Source: an uncultured Acidobacteriota bacterium (GTDB lineage: Bacteria > Acidobacteriota > Thermoanaerobaculia > Gp7-AA8). Taken from it: a stretch of DNA of 64,000 bases. This document shows, one piece after another, positions 44,355 through 53,922 of the stretch (within the stretch, counting starts at the first letter, position 1; each line of letters begins with the position of its first letter). Both the position numbers and the translations under genes were made by a program. Where the stretch lies: the NCBI GenBank assembly GCA_963741955.1, contig CAVUKB010000005.1, forward strand, positions 864,001-928,000, read 5' to 3'. Under the pieces are notes generated by a model. That model searched no databases. It was not told the origin of the DNA and was given only the letters and a program-made list of their open reading frames with translations.

Positions 44355-45137
44355 TCAGGCTGGCTGATCCGCCGAGGCGGGTTGAGTGGTGGTGAGGAGT
44401 TTGTCTCGAAGCCTGTAGCTGTTGCCTCGGATCGAGAGGACGTAGGAATGGTGGAGGATACGGTCGAGGATGGCAGTAGCGAGGGCGAGCTCGCCGAAGA
44501 CCTCGGGCCATTCGTTGATGGCCTTGTTCGAGGTCAGGATCATGCTGGAGCGCTCGTAACGGCTGGCGACGACCTGGAACAGGTAATTCGCCTCGATCCG
44601 GTTGAGTGTCAGATAGCCGACTTCGTCGACCACCAGGAGCTGATATTTGGTCGAGTAGGTACGAAGCTTCTGGGGGAGTTTGCCGGCGCGGTCCGCTGCG
44701 GCGAGTTTTCGGATCATCTCATCGAGGGTGGTGAAGTAGACGGAGTAACCGTTCTGGCAGGCCTGGACGGCGAGGGCGATGGCCAGGTGGGTCTTGCCGA
44801 CACCGGGTGGGCCGAGCAGAAGTACGTTCTCCTTTCTTGCGAGGAAGCCGAGTGAAGCGAGATCGAGCACCCGAGCGCGGTCGAGAGAAGGCTGGAAGGC
44901 GAAGTCGAACCCGTCCAGAGTCTTGAGGAAGGGGAACCCGGCGAGCTTCAGAGAGCTGCGCACCCGACGCTCTTCCCGTGCGACAATCTCCTCTTCGAAG
45001 AGCCGGTCGAGAGTCTCGGCGTGTCCCCACGACTCTTTCTCTGCGACGGATAGCAGAGACGAGAGCGTTTCTTTGAGACGCCATAGCCCGAGCTTCTCGA
45101 CATGATCGACGAGCCGGTTGAAGGTCGGTTCGCTCAT
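44355..45137 (-). CDS. istB: IS21 helper ATPase IstB
   Basis: GPPGVGKTHL, VDEVGY, LDRILHH, GNSYR. Confidence 0.95.
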   Translation of the reverse strand: MSEPTFNRLVDHVEKLGLWRLKETLSSLLSVAEKESWGHAETLDRLFEEEIVAREERRVRSSLKLAGFPFLKTLDGFDFAFQPSLDRARVLDLASLGFLARKENVLLLGPPGVGKTHLAIALAVQACQNGYSVYFTTLDEMIRKLAAADRAGKLPQKLRTYSTKYQLLVVDEVGYLTLNRIEANYLFQVVASRYERSSMILTSNKAINEWPEVFGELALATAILDRILHHSYVLSIRGNSYRLRDKLLTTTQPASADQPA

Positions 45138-46408
45138 CGGCCACCTCCGTCGACCAACGCTGCATAGTCTTCGATCGGCCGATTCTCGACCGTAACTCGC
45201 GGCCAGACCACGAGAGCCGGAACCGGAGGCGGCGGTGAAACCGGTTCGGGCTTCGGCTTCCGGAGCCGATCCCAGCGCGGACGGCGGAGCACCGCCACGT
45301 GCTCCTCGAGAACCCTCCTCTGACCTTTGGGGATCACTGGATGCACGGCGACCGATTCGTCGAGATGAACGATCTCGATCACGTCTCCGGCGGGTGCGGC
45401 TTTGACGATCACTCGCGCACCTGCGAGTCGTGCCGGGACGGAGTAGTAGGCCCCGCGGTACGAGACGGTGCAATCGCGCAGCACGCGCCGCGGTTCGGCG
45501 AGGCGGACGTCGAAAGCCACGGCGGGAAGCTCGATCAGAAATCCGCGTTCCCGTTCGAAACGCTCGGCCGGCGTTTGTCCCGTCGACGAGCAGATTCTGC
45601 CGCCATGCCGCTCGTCTTCGATTGTGACGAACGACTGCAGATCGGCGATGGACTCCCAGGTCCGGTCCAGAACCCCGGCGTCGATCAGATCACGGAAGCT
45701 CCGTTCGACCTTTCCCTTCCGCTCGGGGTTGTACGGCAGAGCCGGTGCCGGAGACGTTCCGTAATGACGGCAGAACTCGACGAAGGGAGGGTTGAGCTCC
45801 AGGTGCGGCCGGGGGTGGATCACCGCGGCATTGAAGTTGTCGAAGACCAGTCGTGCCGGCGTGCCGCCCGCCTGCTCGAACGTGGTGCGAAGGTTCTCGA
45901 GGACCATCGGCAGGGTGGTCCTCGCCACCACGAACGTGAAGCGGCGCCGCGAGTAGCCGTAGACCAGCCGGAAGAACCAGATCTTCTGTTCCGGGTTGCT
46001 CGGGATCAACCCGAGAGCCGGTCCTTTCCAATCGAACTGTCCTTCCTCACCCGGGTCGGTCTCGAGCCGTACGCACGCGGACCTGCGGGCCTGTTCGGCG
46101 CGGCGGAAAGTGCGGGTCCAGACTTTGACTGCTTCGTAGTGTCCGGTATAGCCCTTCGCCACAATCTCTTCATAGAGTCGCGTCGCGCGAATGTGCGGCC
46201 GTTCCCGGGCCAGCCGTTCGAGATCGTCCACGAACGGGTCGAGCTTCCGCGGCCGCGGAGGCCGCTTTCGATACCGCTCCGGGACGGTCTGCTGCAGTGT
46301 CTTTCGCACCACCTGACGGGAGATGCCGAGAGTCCGGGCGATCGCCCGGATCCCCATTCCCTGGCGGTTGAGTTCTCGGATCTTCATCCACTGCTCCTGT
46401 TCGATCAC
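45134..46408 (-). CDS. istA: IS21 transposase IstA
   Basis: HTH, ETDPGEEGQFDW, FDN, KGKVER. Confidence 0.93.
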   Translation of the reverse strand: MIEQEQWMKIRELNRQGMGIRAIARTLGISRQVVRKTLQQTVPERYRKRPPRPRKLDPFVDDLERLARERPHIRATRLYEEIVAKGYTGHYEAVKVWTRTFRRAEQARRSACVRLETDPGEEGQFDWKGPALGLIPSNPEQKIWFFRLVYGYSRRRFTFVVARTTLPMVLENLRTTFEQAGGTPARLVFDNFNAAVIHPRPHLELNPPFVEFCRHYGTSPAPALPYNPERKGKVERSFRDLIDAGVLDRTWESIADLQSFVTIEDERHGGRICSSTGQTPAERFERERGFLIELPAVAFDVRLAEPRRVLRDCTVSYRGAYYSVPARLAGARVIVKAAPAGDVIEIVHLDESVAVHPVIPKGQRRVLEEHVAVLRRPRWDRLRKPKPEPVSPPPPVPALVVWPRVTVENRPIEDYAALVDGGGR

Positions 46409-46566
46409 CTGATTCCTCCGCCCTCCGGCTCGCTCCGCTCGCCTCCGGACGGAGGAATCATCACCCAGCACGGTCGCCCGTGCCTCTCTCCCCGGCGGAG
46501 CCCCTTCCCCTCAGGTGGTCAACTTCTACTTCTTCGCAGTGGGTCACTTTTACATCTTCATCGACA

Positions 46567-47749
46567 ACGCGAGCTCAAATTCTCGTGTCACGTTTGTTTT
46601 GCGCCTCAGCGTGCCACGCGGCGTAGCTCGGCATTAGGCGGACTCGTGACGCGCATCTCGTTCGGTCCGCCGCCCTGTCCGGCAAGTGGGAGCGGGCGAT
46701 CGTGATTCCCGCTGCGCCGTCACGCTTCGCGTGAGCGCTCCGTGCGGCGAGCGTTCGCTTCACGCCCGCCCGCCCCTCCACGCTCTCTCCTCGCCGCACT
46801 TCGCGCCCGGCGCTTCCCCCACCCATTCCCCCGCGCCGGCGCCGCAGCTACAGTAGCCGCCCACCCTGCCTTGCGCCTGCACGTGTCGTCGCCGCCGGCC
46901 CTCGCGAGGGAGGCGTAGCGCCGGAGGACGAGAGCGTCAAGGCCTCCACCACCCAGCCGCCTTGACGCTCTCGTCCTCCGGCGCTTGTGGAATGAGTAGC
47001 GAGGGCCGACGGAGCAGCGAGCTCGGGCCTCTGGAGCTTTTGTTAGGCTTCGCTCTCTGGCCGGATCGTGATGAGCGAAGGCCGGAGGACAAAAAGCCGC
47101 GGTGACGCCACGGGGCGCCGGAGATTGGGCAGCAGGCGAAAAACACGAACCGCCCCGTGGCGGCGCCGCGGAAGCAAGCGCCGCATGGCGCGCGCAGGGA
47201 GTCAGGAGAACTTCGGTTCGAGCGATGGTTTGCCTGACAAGCTCGGAGGCCGGAGCAGGTCGCTCGTCGGCCGTCGCTACTCATCGCACCAGCGCCGCGC
47301 GGCGACGCGGTCAAGGCGGAGGGGCGGGCGGCGCGCCTTGACGGCGTCGTCGCGCGGCGCTACTCGTCCGAGGCGACGGCCGGCGAGTGACGACGCAATC
47401 GCCTAACGGTGTTCATGCACGAGCGGGCCGGCCGGCGCCGGGGGACGGGCGGTGGAGGCGCCGGCGAGCGAGCAGGCCTGGGGTGAGCGAGGGGCGGCGG
47501 GTGTGGGGGCAGCGAACCGCTGGCCTGCGAAGCGAACCAAGCGCGAGGTGCCGCCAGGCGCCGAGCGCGACGGCCCGCGGCCTCACCCGATACGGACGGT
47601 TAGGCAAGGATGGGCGGCGGAACGGACGGGCGCGCAGCTCGACGCGTCTAAGAGCGAGCTGGCACGCGTGGACCGCGACACGCGAACCGTGCAGCTCGCA
47701 AGAGTTTGAGGCCGCGGTCCACGTCGGGCCGAGCGACCTCTTAGACGCG
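46567..47749. repeat. Non-coding diverged palindrome of about 1.2 kb with internal hairpins and an attC-like end
   Basis: Mirror pairings centred near 47135; perfect 27-bp hairpin 46917-46985; 26/28-bp hairpin 47291-47361; stem-loop 47643-47749. Confidence 0.8.
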
Positions 47750-47947
47750 CCACGGGCAGGGAACGCACGGGCGCGGCGGTGGGTGGGGGAGCGATTGATC
47801 TTGCGACGAAGCGAGCGCGGCACGGACGTGACGCGCGGTCCGACCGCTGTCGATCCGAGACTTTCATACTTCGGGCTTCTCTCCATTCACGATCATGCCT
47901 GTCGATCTCTAAGGCCGCGGCCCGACTTCTGCCTCCGCGCCCGTTGA

Positions 47948-48391
47948 TTATGCGGTTTCCGTGCTCGTGACCGCGCGACCTTTGATGAGGATGGTGTCTC
48001 GTTCTTGACCGATGGAGACGCTTTCAACCGTTGTCCAAATCCAACTTGGGCGCAGGCGCTTTCGTTGCCAACGGCGATAGATCGCAATAACGCCCTTTGC
48101 GTCCATTGAGGCGCCGCGGACGATGGCGAGATATGCATTCATGGCGAGTGCGGGGTTGCTTCTTGCGTCATCAAAGACGAAACGAGCTAGATCGTCCGGA
48201 ATCTCTCCTGTCGCTTGCTCGAGTTCGTGCTCAAGGACCAATCGGCCAATCGAGATGCAGATCGGCAGAACACCGGCGTCCGACGGCGCCACCGCGATTC
48301 GCCATGGGTCGACCAACTGGTCCGCAACGAGAATTAGGCATTCTCGCTGCGCTTCATCGAATTGCGCATTGGAAGTCGAATTCATGCTCAT
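47948..48391 (-). CDS. Putative immunity protein
   Basis: 147 aa, ATGA overlap with the toxin stop. Confidence 0.6.
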   Translation of the reverse strand: MSMNSTSNAQFDEAQRECLILVADQLVDPWRIAVAPSDAGVLPICISIGRLVLEHELEQATGEIPDDLARFVFDDARSNPALAMNAYLAIVRGASMDAKGVIAIYRRWQRKRLRPSWIWTTVESVSIGQERDTILIKGRAVTSTETA

Positions 48392-51300
48392 CGGTCCTCG
48401 TCTGGAATCAAGCCCGACGTGATCGCTCCTCGGGCCCACGGCGGCATGGCAATCCACGGCCGGAGGAGTAACGGATATGGCGTGACACCCCGCCTCGTGA
48501 ATGCAACGTCAATCATCGCGTGAGCCGTTCGATCAACACGCACCACGTTCCATCGTGCATTCTTGATGTAGTTGGGGATCAGCTTCGCCCGCTGTGGAAT
48601 GAGCCAATGGTGCAGCTGCTCGGGCTGACCGATCAGACCGAGTTCGCTCCGCAGTTGATGTGAGACACCCTGCGACCAGTGTCCGCCACGTGGAGTGGTC
48701 CACGAGTACTCCGCCTGCATGCGGTTGTGCCAACGGGCGAATGGCGCTAACACGCCCGTCTCTTCCAACGTCCCCTGCTCGAAACGGAGCATCGATTCAC
48801 GAACACCGCTCGGCAGTATGCTGCCAGGACCTGTTCCGAGTGACCTTGACAGCCGTTGCACACCGGCGCGTGTTGCCGTAGCAATGGGTTCGGTAACGGC
48901 GTCGATTGCAGGTGCGACCCCCGGTACAGTTCGATACGCCCATCGTGCTCCGGCTGCGCCCTGCTTGGCGCCCCAATCGAGTACCGGACCCAGAACGGCC
49001 CCAGCGGCGGCGTTGATTGCCTGGTTTTCTCCGAACTCAGCCCAATGCTGTGGTTCACCCTTAAAGGTTAGGGCATCGAAACCAGCGGCTCCGAGAGCCG
49101 ACGACAGTGAAGCAGCGCCTCCGAAGCTCATGAGGCCAACGTCGATCGATGCCCCAAGTTCGGATCTCCTAACAGGTGTGTAGCAGAGTTCATAGGCCGA
49201 GAGGATGGAATGCGATTGCTGACGTACAGAGGAACGCCATTGCGATCAGAGCTTCCGCGGTGTGAAAGCCGAAAGCGCGGTGACTGAGCATTCGGATCTT
49301 GTTGTTGCAGCCTTCAGCAACTGCATTCGTGAGTCGATACTCGAAGTAACGGCGGATGCCAGGCCATTTCGCCGCGACGGTTCGCGCGAAGCGAACGAGG
49401 GGTTGAATGCGGCTATGAACCGCGGACTGATACCAGCGCTTGAACCGTCGATCAGCTTGGCGGACGGACGAGGAGTCATAGATGTCCTGAAAGGATTCCT
49501 TGACCAGGTAACTGCGAAAGAGGGTGTGATTCATCCGCGCGAGCTCCGAGAGTTTCGCCTCCTCGGCATCACGCAGGTTCCAGGGGTTCTTCAGGAGGAC
49601 GAACCGAGTGGATTTGAGAGCGGAGCGCTCCTCGCCGGTGGCCTTTCGCATCTCGTCCCGCCTCACCTGATCGATCGCATTCCCGAGGAGTTGGACCACG
49701 TGGAACCGATCGAAAACGACCTCGGCGTTCGGCAGTCGGTCGCGAACAGCTTTCTCGAAGGCCGCGCTCATGTCGATGCTCACCAGACGGATTCGCGCGC
49801 AGCGCTCGGGGCCGAGCAGATCGAACAGCCCGTCGAGAACCTCTGCACTTTTACCCTTCGCCGCCCAGATCATCTGCCCGGTCTCGTGGTTCGTGACCAC
49901 GGTCATGAACTTCTTCGGCCGCCCCCAGCAGATCTCGTCGATGCCGATCCGGGTCAGATTCTCGAGCGCGTTCGGGTCGCGTTTTTCGGCAACCACTCGA
50001 GCGGCGATCCGTCCGGCCGTGAGCCAGCTGACCTTGAAGTACGCCGAGACCGCGGTTTGATTGGATCGCTGCAGAAACCAGGCAAGCTCGTCTTCGAACG
50101 CGCGGGTGAACATCGAACCAGGCCGTGCCCACGGAACCGCGGCCGTTCGCACCCCGCAGCGGCGGCAACGCACCCGCGGCAGATCCGCCCGCAGCATCAC
50201 CCGGCATCCCCAGAGGCCGAGATGACGCCATTCGCGATGCTTCATCACCGTTCCGTGAAGCTCGGGAGCAACCCGTCCGCACCCTCCGCACCGCGGACGT
50301 CTCCACGTTGGACTCACGTCGAGATAGAGACTCCGAGCTTCGAACCGAACCCCGCGAACCGTTACGTTTGCCATGTTGAGCAACTTCCGGAACAATGTCG
50401 TCAGGCGCACCGTGCCTGTCCTCCCCGTGTCTTGGTTTCATCGACTACAGACTACGGGAAATGGGCAGCACGGTTCGCCGATTCCAACCTGCTATCGCTG
50501 CTTCGATCTTCACCTCTCCACGAGCAGCGACTTTCGGGGCTCCTTCAGATCCTTCCGCGACGGCGGGGCAAGTTGTGGGAACGGCGGAAAACGCGGCGGC
50601 CGGGTGGCGGCGTTTTCCGCGGTTTCCACAACTTCGCTTTCCGAACGCTTCGGCGAACACCGACTTGCTCCTCGAAAACAGCCGCGTCGCCGTTCCTGCA
50701 TGCCTCCGACAATCATTCCGCACCTACACACCTGTTAGGAGAACCCCAAGTTCAACCCCTCCGATGATGTTCTGTCCCCAGATCGAAAAATACCGGTCGT
50801 ACCCATACACATCACCGTGGGAAGCATCTCGGACACCGGCAACGATCACTTGTCCCGCCCCCCAAATGAACCCTCCGATCGCACCAGCGCACACACCCTC
50901 GCATAGCCCCGTCGGGTCATTTCCGTTCACCGGGTCGTTCTTGGCGAACGCGTAGAGGTTCGACGAATCGTGGTACCCCATGGGATCCGGCGTGAGGAAG
51001 GTTCCGGTGCTCGGGTCGTACCATCTATTGCGGAAGTACGCGAGACCGGTAGCAGGTTCGACAAACGGTGCAGCCTTGAGCCCGGTCAACAGTTTCGTCT
51101 TACTGTCGGTGCTGGCGGCGAGGTAGAGATCAGGGATGGTGTAAAGCGTTTTCTGATTCGTCTGCCCGGACGATGTATTCTCAATGAGCATGGAGAGAGT
51201 CGCGAGCGACTCGCTCCAGGCGACCGGGGTCGCCGTCGAGGATTGTACACCGTAGAGCTTCGTGGCCCAGGCGGGGGCGGGCTGGACCGGGGTCGTGCCC

Positions 51301-52226
51301 CAGGCCGGAGAACGGAGGCCCGAGCGGACCTCGAGACGAATCTCGGTCGCCTCCGAGGCAAGGTCCGCCCACTGAGTCGCATCCAGCTCGACGAGGACCA
51401 CGTTCGCGCCCTCGGCTTTCGCCGCGAGCGGATAGTCCGACTCGATCGGCGTTCCGTCGACGTTCTTCCCCGTTCTGACGACCAGCGCGACATTGCCGTC
51501 GATCGAATCGGCGTCGATCGCCTCGGAGCTGTGGATGCGGAACCGGATCGACTCCAACTTGCCGGCCGAGTCCTTCGCGGCTTCGGCCTTGATCCCGTCG
51601 ATGACCGGGCCCTCCACGTAGCGCGGAGCGTCGCCATAGCTGTCGGCGTAGAGAACGCGCTCGACCAGGTTCCCGGAGGCGTCGAGGATCGCGGTGACCG
51701 AGCCGCCCGAGGTCGGGTCGATGAATGGGAGGTACCGCTTCGGCGGTGCGCCGGGCTCGGTCGCGGCGAGAACTTCGATCGGATCGTCGTAGCCCTGATC
51801 TCCGTGAATGTACTGCCGCATCAGCCCCGCGTAGAGGTTGGGCGGATCGGTCGGCGTCTTCGGCCCCTTCCCGGCCTCGAAAATCTCGAGGAGGCGGTCG
51901 GCGATCGGATCCCATACGAACGTCACCGCCGGCGGGAGTCCGTCCCGAGCAAGTGCAGTCGTGCGGTCCTCGAGCGCCCATGGCACGTCCGCGGAGTCGC
52001 GAACGTTCACCGTTCGACCGATGAGGCGGTCGAGCGGGTCATAGGCGTAGAGAATCTGTCGTTGGGCCGTCGTGATCTCGACCAGGCGATCACTCTCGTC
52101 GTAGTGAAGCGTCGCTCCGCCGTCGCCGGTGCGGTTCCCGCTGGTGAATGCGTAGAGCTCTTTCTTCGGGAGAAGCCCCTCGAGCGAGAGGGTCCGCGAC
52201 TTCGTTTCGTGCACCGAACCGGGCAC
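48388..52226 (-). pseudogene. Orphan RHS core plus HNH-like toxin, interrupted by ISL3
   Basis: RHS core ending DPVNGNDPTG; removing 49162-50753 rejoins GGVELG-ASIDVGLM in frame; tip LHHWLIPQ..N..WN....H. Confidence 0.85.
49162..50745 (-). mobile_element. ISL3-family element, copy 2 (1584 bp, identical transposase at 49190-50410)
   Basis: Same IRs as copy 1; 8-bp target duplication CCAAGTTC. Confidence 0.95.
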
Positions 52227-52439
52227 CGCAGTCCAGGTTGCAGGCTCGAGGCTCCACGTGGTCTCGCCGAGCTTCTTTCGCTGGTCGGGGTCGAAGCGGC
52301 CGGCGAGCGTTCGCCTAGATCGAAAATCGGCGAGATCGAACCCGTCGACGATCGAAAGGTCCTTCTTCGTGTCGACGGCTGCGTTCCGTCGAGATCTCCG
52401 ACGGCAGAACCGATGAGCGAAGGCGTGACCCTATTCCTT

Positions 52440-53427
52440 CGCTGGGGGCCGGGGCGGATCCTCCGGGAAATCGCGAAGCTCGGGATCTCCGTCTCACGGA
52501 ACACGGTCCGCCGCTATATTCGCGAAGTACGTGGACCTCGCCCGCGTGGCGATCAACGATGGTCCACCTTCATCCGCAACCATGCGGACGTCACCCTCGC
52601 CATGGACTTCGCGGTCGATCACCGTTCCCTCACTCAGCGGCAAGCTCCGGGAGGTCTTCGTCCTCGTCCTGCTCGAGATCGGGTCACGACGGCTGCTATG
52701 CCTCGAAGCAACGGAACACCCGACTCGCGACTGGATCAATCAGAAGCTGCGCGAAGCGATCCCGTGCGATCATCGGCACCGCTTCCTCGTCCGCGACAAC
52801 GACCCGCTCTGGGGCGGTGTCGACGCGACTCTCGCCTCGTTCGGCATCGAAGCGCTCCGCATCCCTCCGGGCTCTCCGCAGGCGAACGCGTTCGCCGAGC
52901 GGATGATCGGCACTCTCCGTCGCGAGCTTCTCGACTGGATCTGGCCCCTCGGCGTCCGCCACCTCAATCGCCTTCTCGCCCACTACCGCGCCTACTACAA
53001 CCGCTCGCGCCCTCACATGGGCCTCGGAGGGAAAGTTCCCGAGCCGCCGTCCGAACCCCGGCTCATCGCCTCCGGCCGACACCGACTCCCGAACGGCGCC
53101 GCCGTCGTCGCCATCCCGCACCTCGGCGGGCTCCATCACGAGTACCGGCTCGAGATGCGCGATCGCGCAGCGTAGCGTCAGACCGAACTGCTTTTCAAAG
53201 ATCATCCGCCGCGGCCGACCAGGCCGAGAGCGAAAGCGCTACCTCCACGTCAGATCCTCAGCGGATCACAGCCTCGAATGGCGACAATTCGATCCGGCCT
53301 CGCCTTGAAAGACGATCGACCGAGTCGGCGGAGCTCCCTCTCGCACGCCTCTCTCGCCACTTCGACACTCCTAATCCGACGTGACAATCGTTTTTGACCG
53401 CCACAACAATCGTTTTTGACCCCCACA
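52440..53427 (+). mobile_element. 5'-truncated, frameshifted integrase-core transposase element
   Basis: Highly similar to 57255-57988; RDND, PQANAFAER, LGGLHHEY motifs; tandem AATCGTTTTTGACC(G/C)CCACA end motifs. Confidence 0.8.
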
Positions 53428-53470
53428 CCCAACGACCTCACAGCAGGGTAGGTCCCTGAGGAAGACAATG

Positions 53471-53914
53471 TCAGAAGACGATCTCATCTTTCGCGAGCTT
53501 CACGGCAAATTCAGCAAAATCCGGCGCGATGACGAGCGCATCTACACCCGGCCCCATAGCTATGATGGGACACTCGCCGCGGGAATCAACCACAGACGTG
53601 TCAAGAAAGAACGTATAATCGCCTCCATCGTCGGCAATTGCGACGTAGCTTGGCGGAATCAGCCCGTTCCCTGACGCCCGAGCGGAAAGGGTATCGGTAA
53701 CGAGATCAGACCAGTATGGCTGGTTTGATTCCGATCTTGAGGCTAATCCAGCAATCCAGAAGCCCCGTCCTTGAACTGCGCCATATCTTCGGAGAAACGC
53801 CCTGTAGGTCGGAGGAAATGTGACTCCTAAGGTGTGCTCCGCGTCGCTAACCATCGCCTCGGTCGCCGGGCCCGCTACATCGCATTCCGCGAACGCACTT
53901 TCCATATCCTTCAT
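53471..53914 (-). CDS. SMI1/KNR4 (SUKH) immunity protein
   Basis: AEHTLGVTFPPTYRAFL..YG, IADDGGD...LD, DFAEF. Confidence 0.9.
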   Translation of the reverse strand: MKDMESAFAECDVAGPATEAMVSDAEHTLGVTFPPTYRAFLRRYGAVQGRGFWIAGLASRSESNQPYWSDLVTDTLSARASGNGLIPPSYVAIADDGGDYTFFLDTSVVDSRGECPIIAMGPGVDALVIAPDFAEFAVKLAKDEIVF

Positions 53915-53922
53915 GCAATCCT

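Larger units (their letters stand above)
42663..46566 (-). mobile_element. IS21-family element (istA-istB); right end interrupted by ISL3
   Basis: TGTC..ATGAAGA termini with repeated AAGTTGACCA motifs; no flanking direct repeat visible. Confidence 0.9.

Noticed and set aside
47401-47605. Canonical attC from GCCTAAC (47401) to GTTAGGC (47599)
   Set aside because: The span is about 205 bp and I could not see inner paired boxes; it may be a chance match within the palindrome arm.
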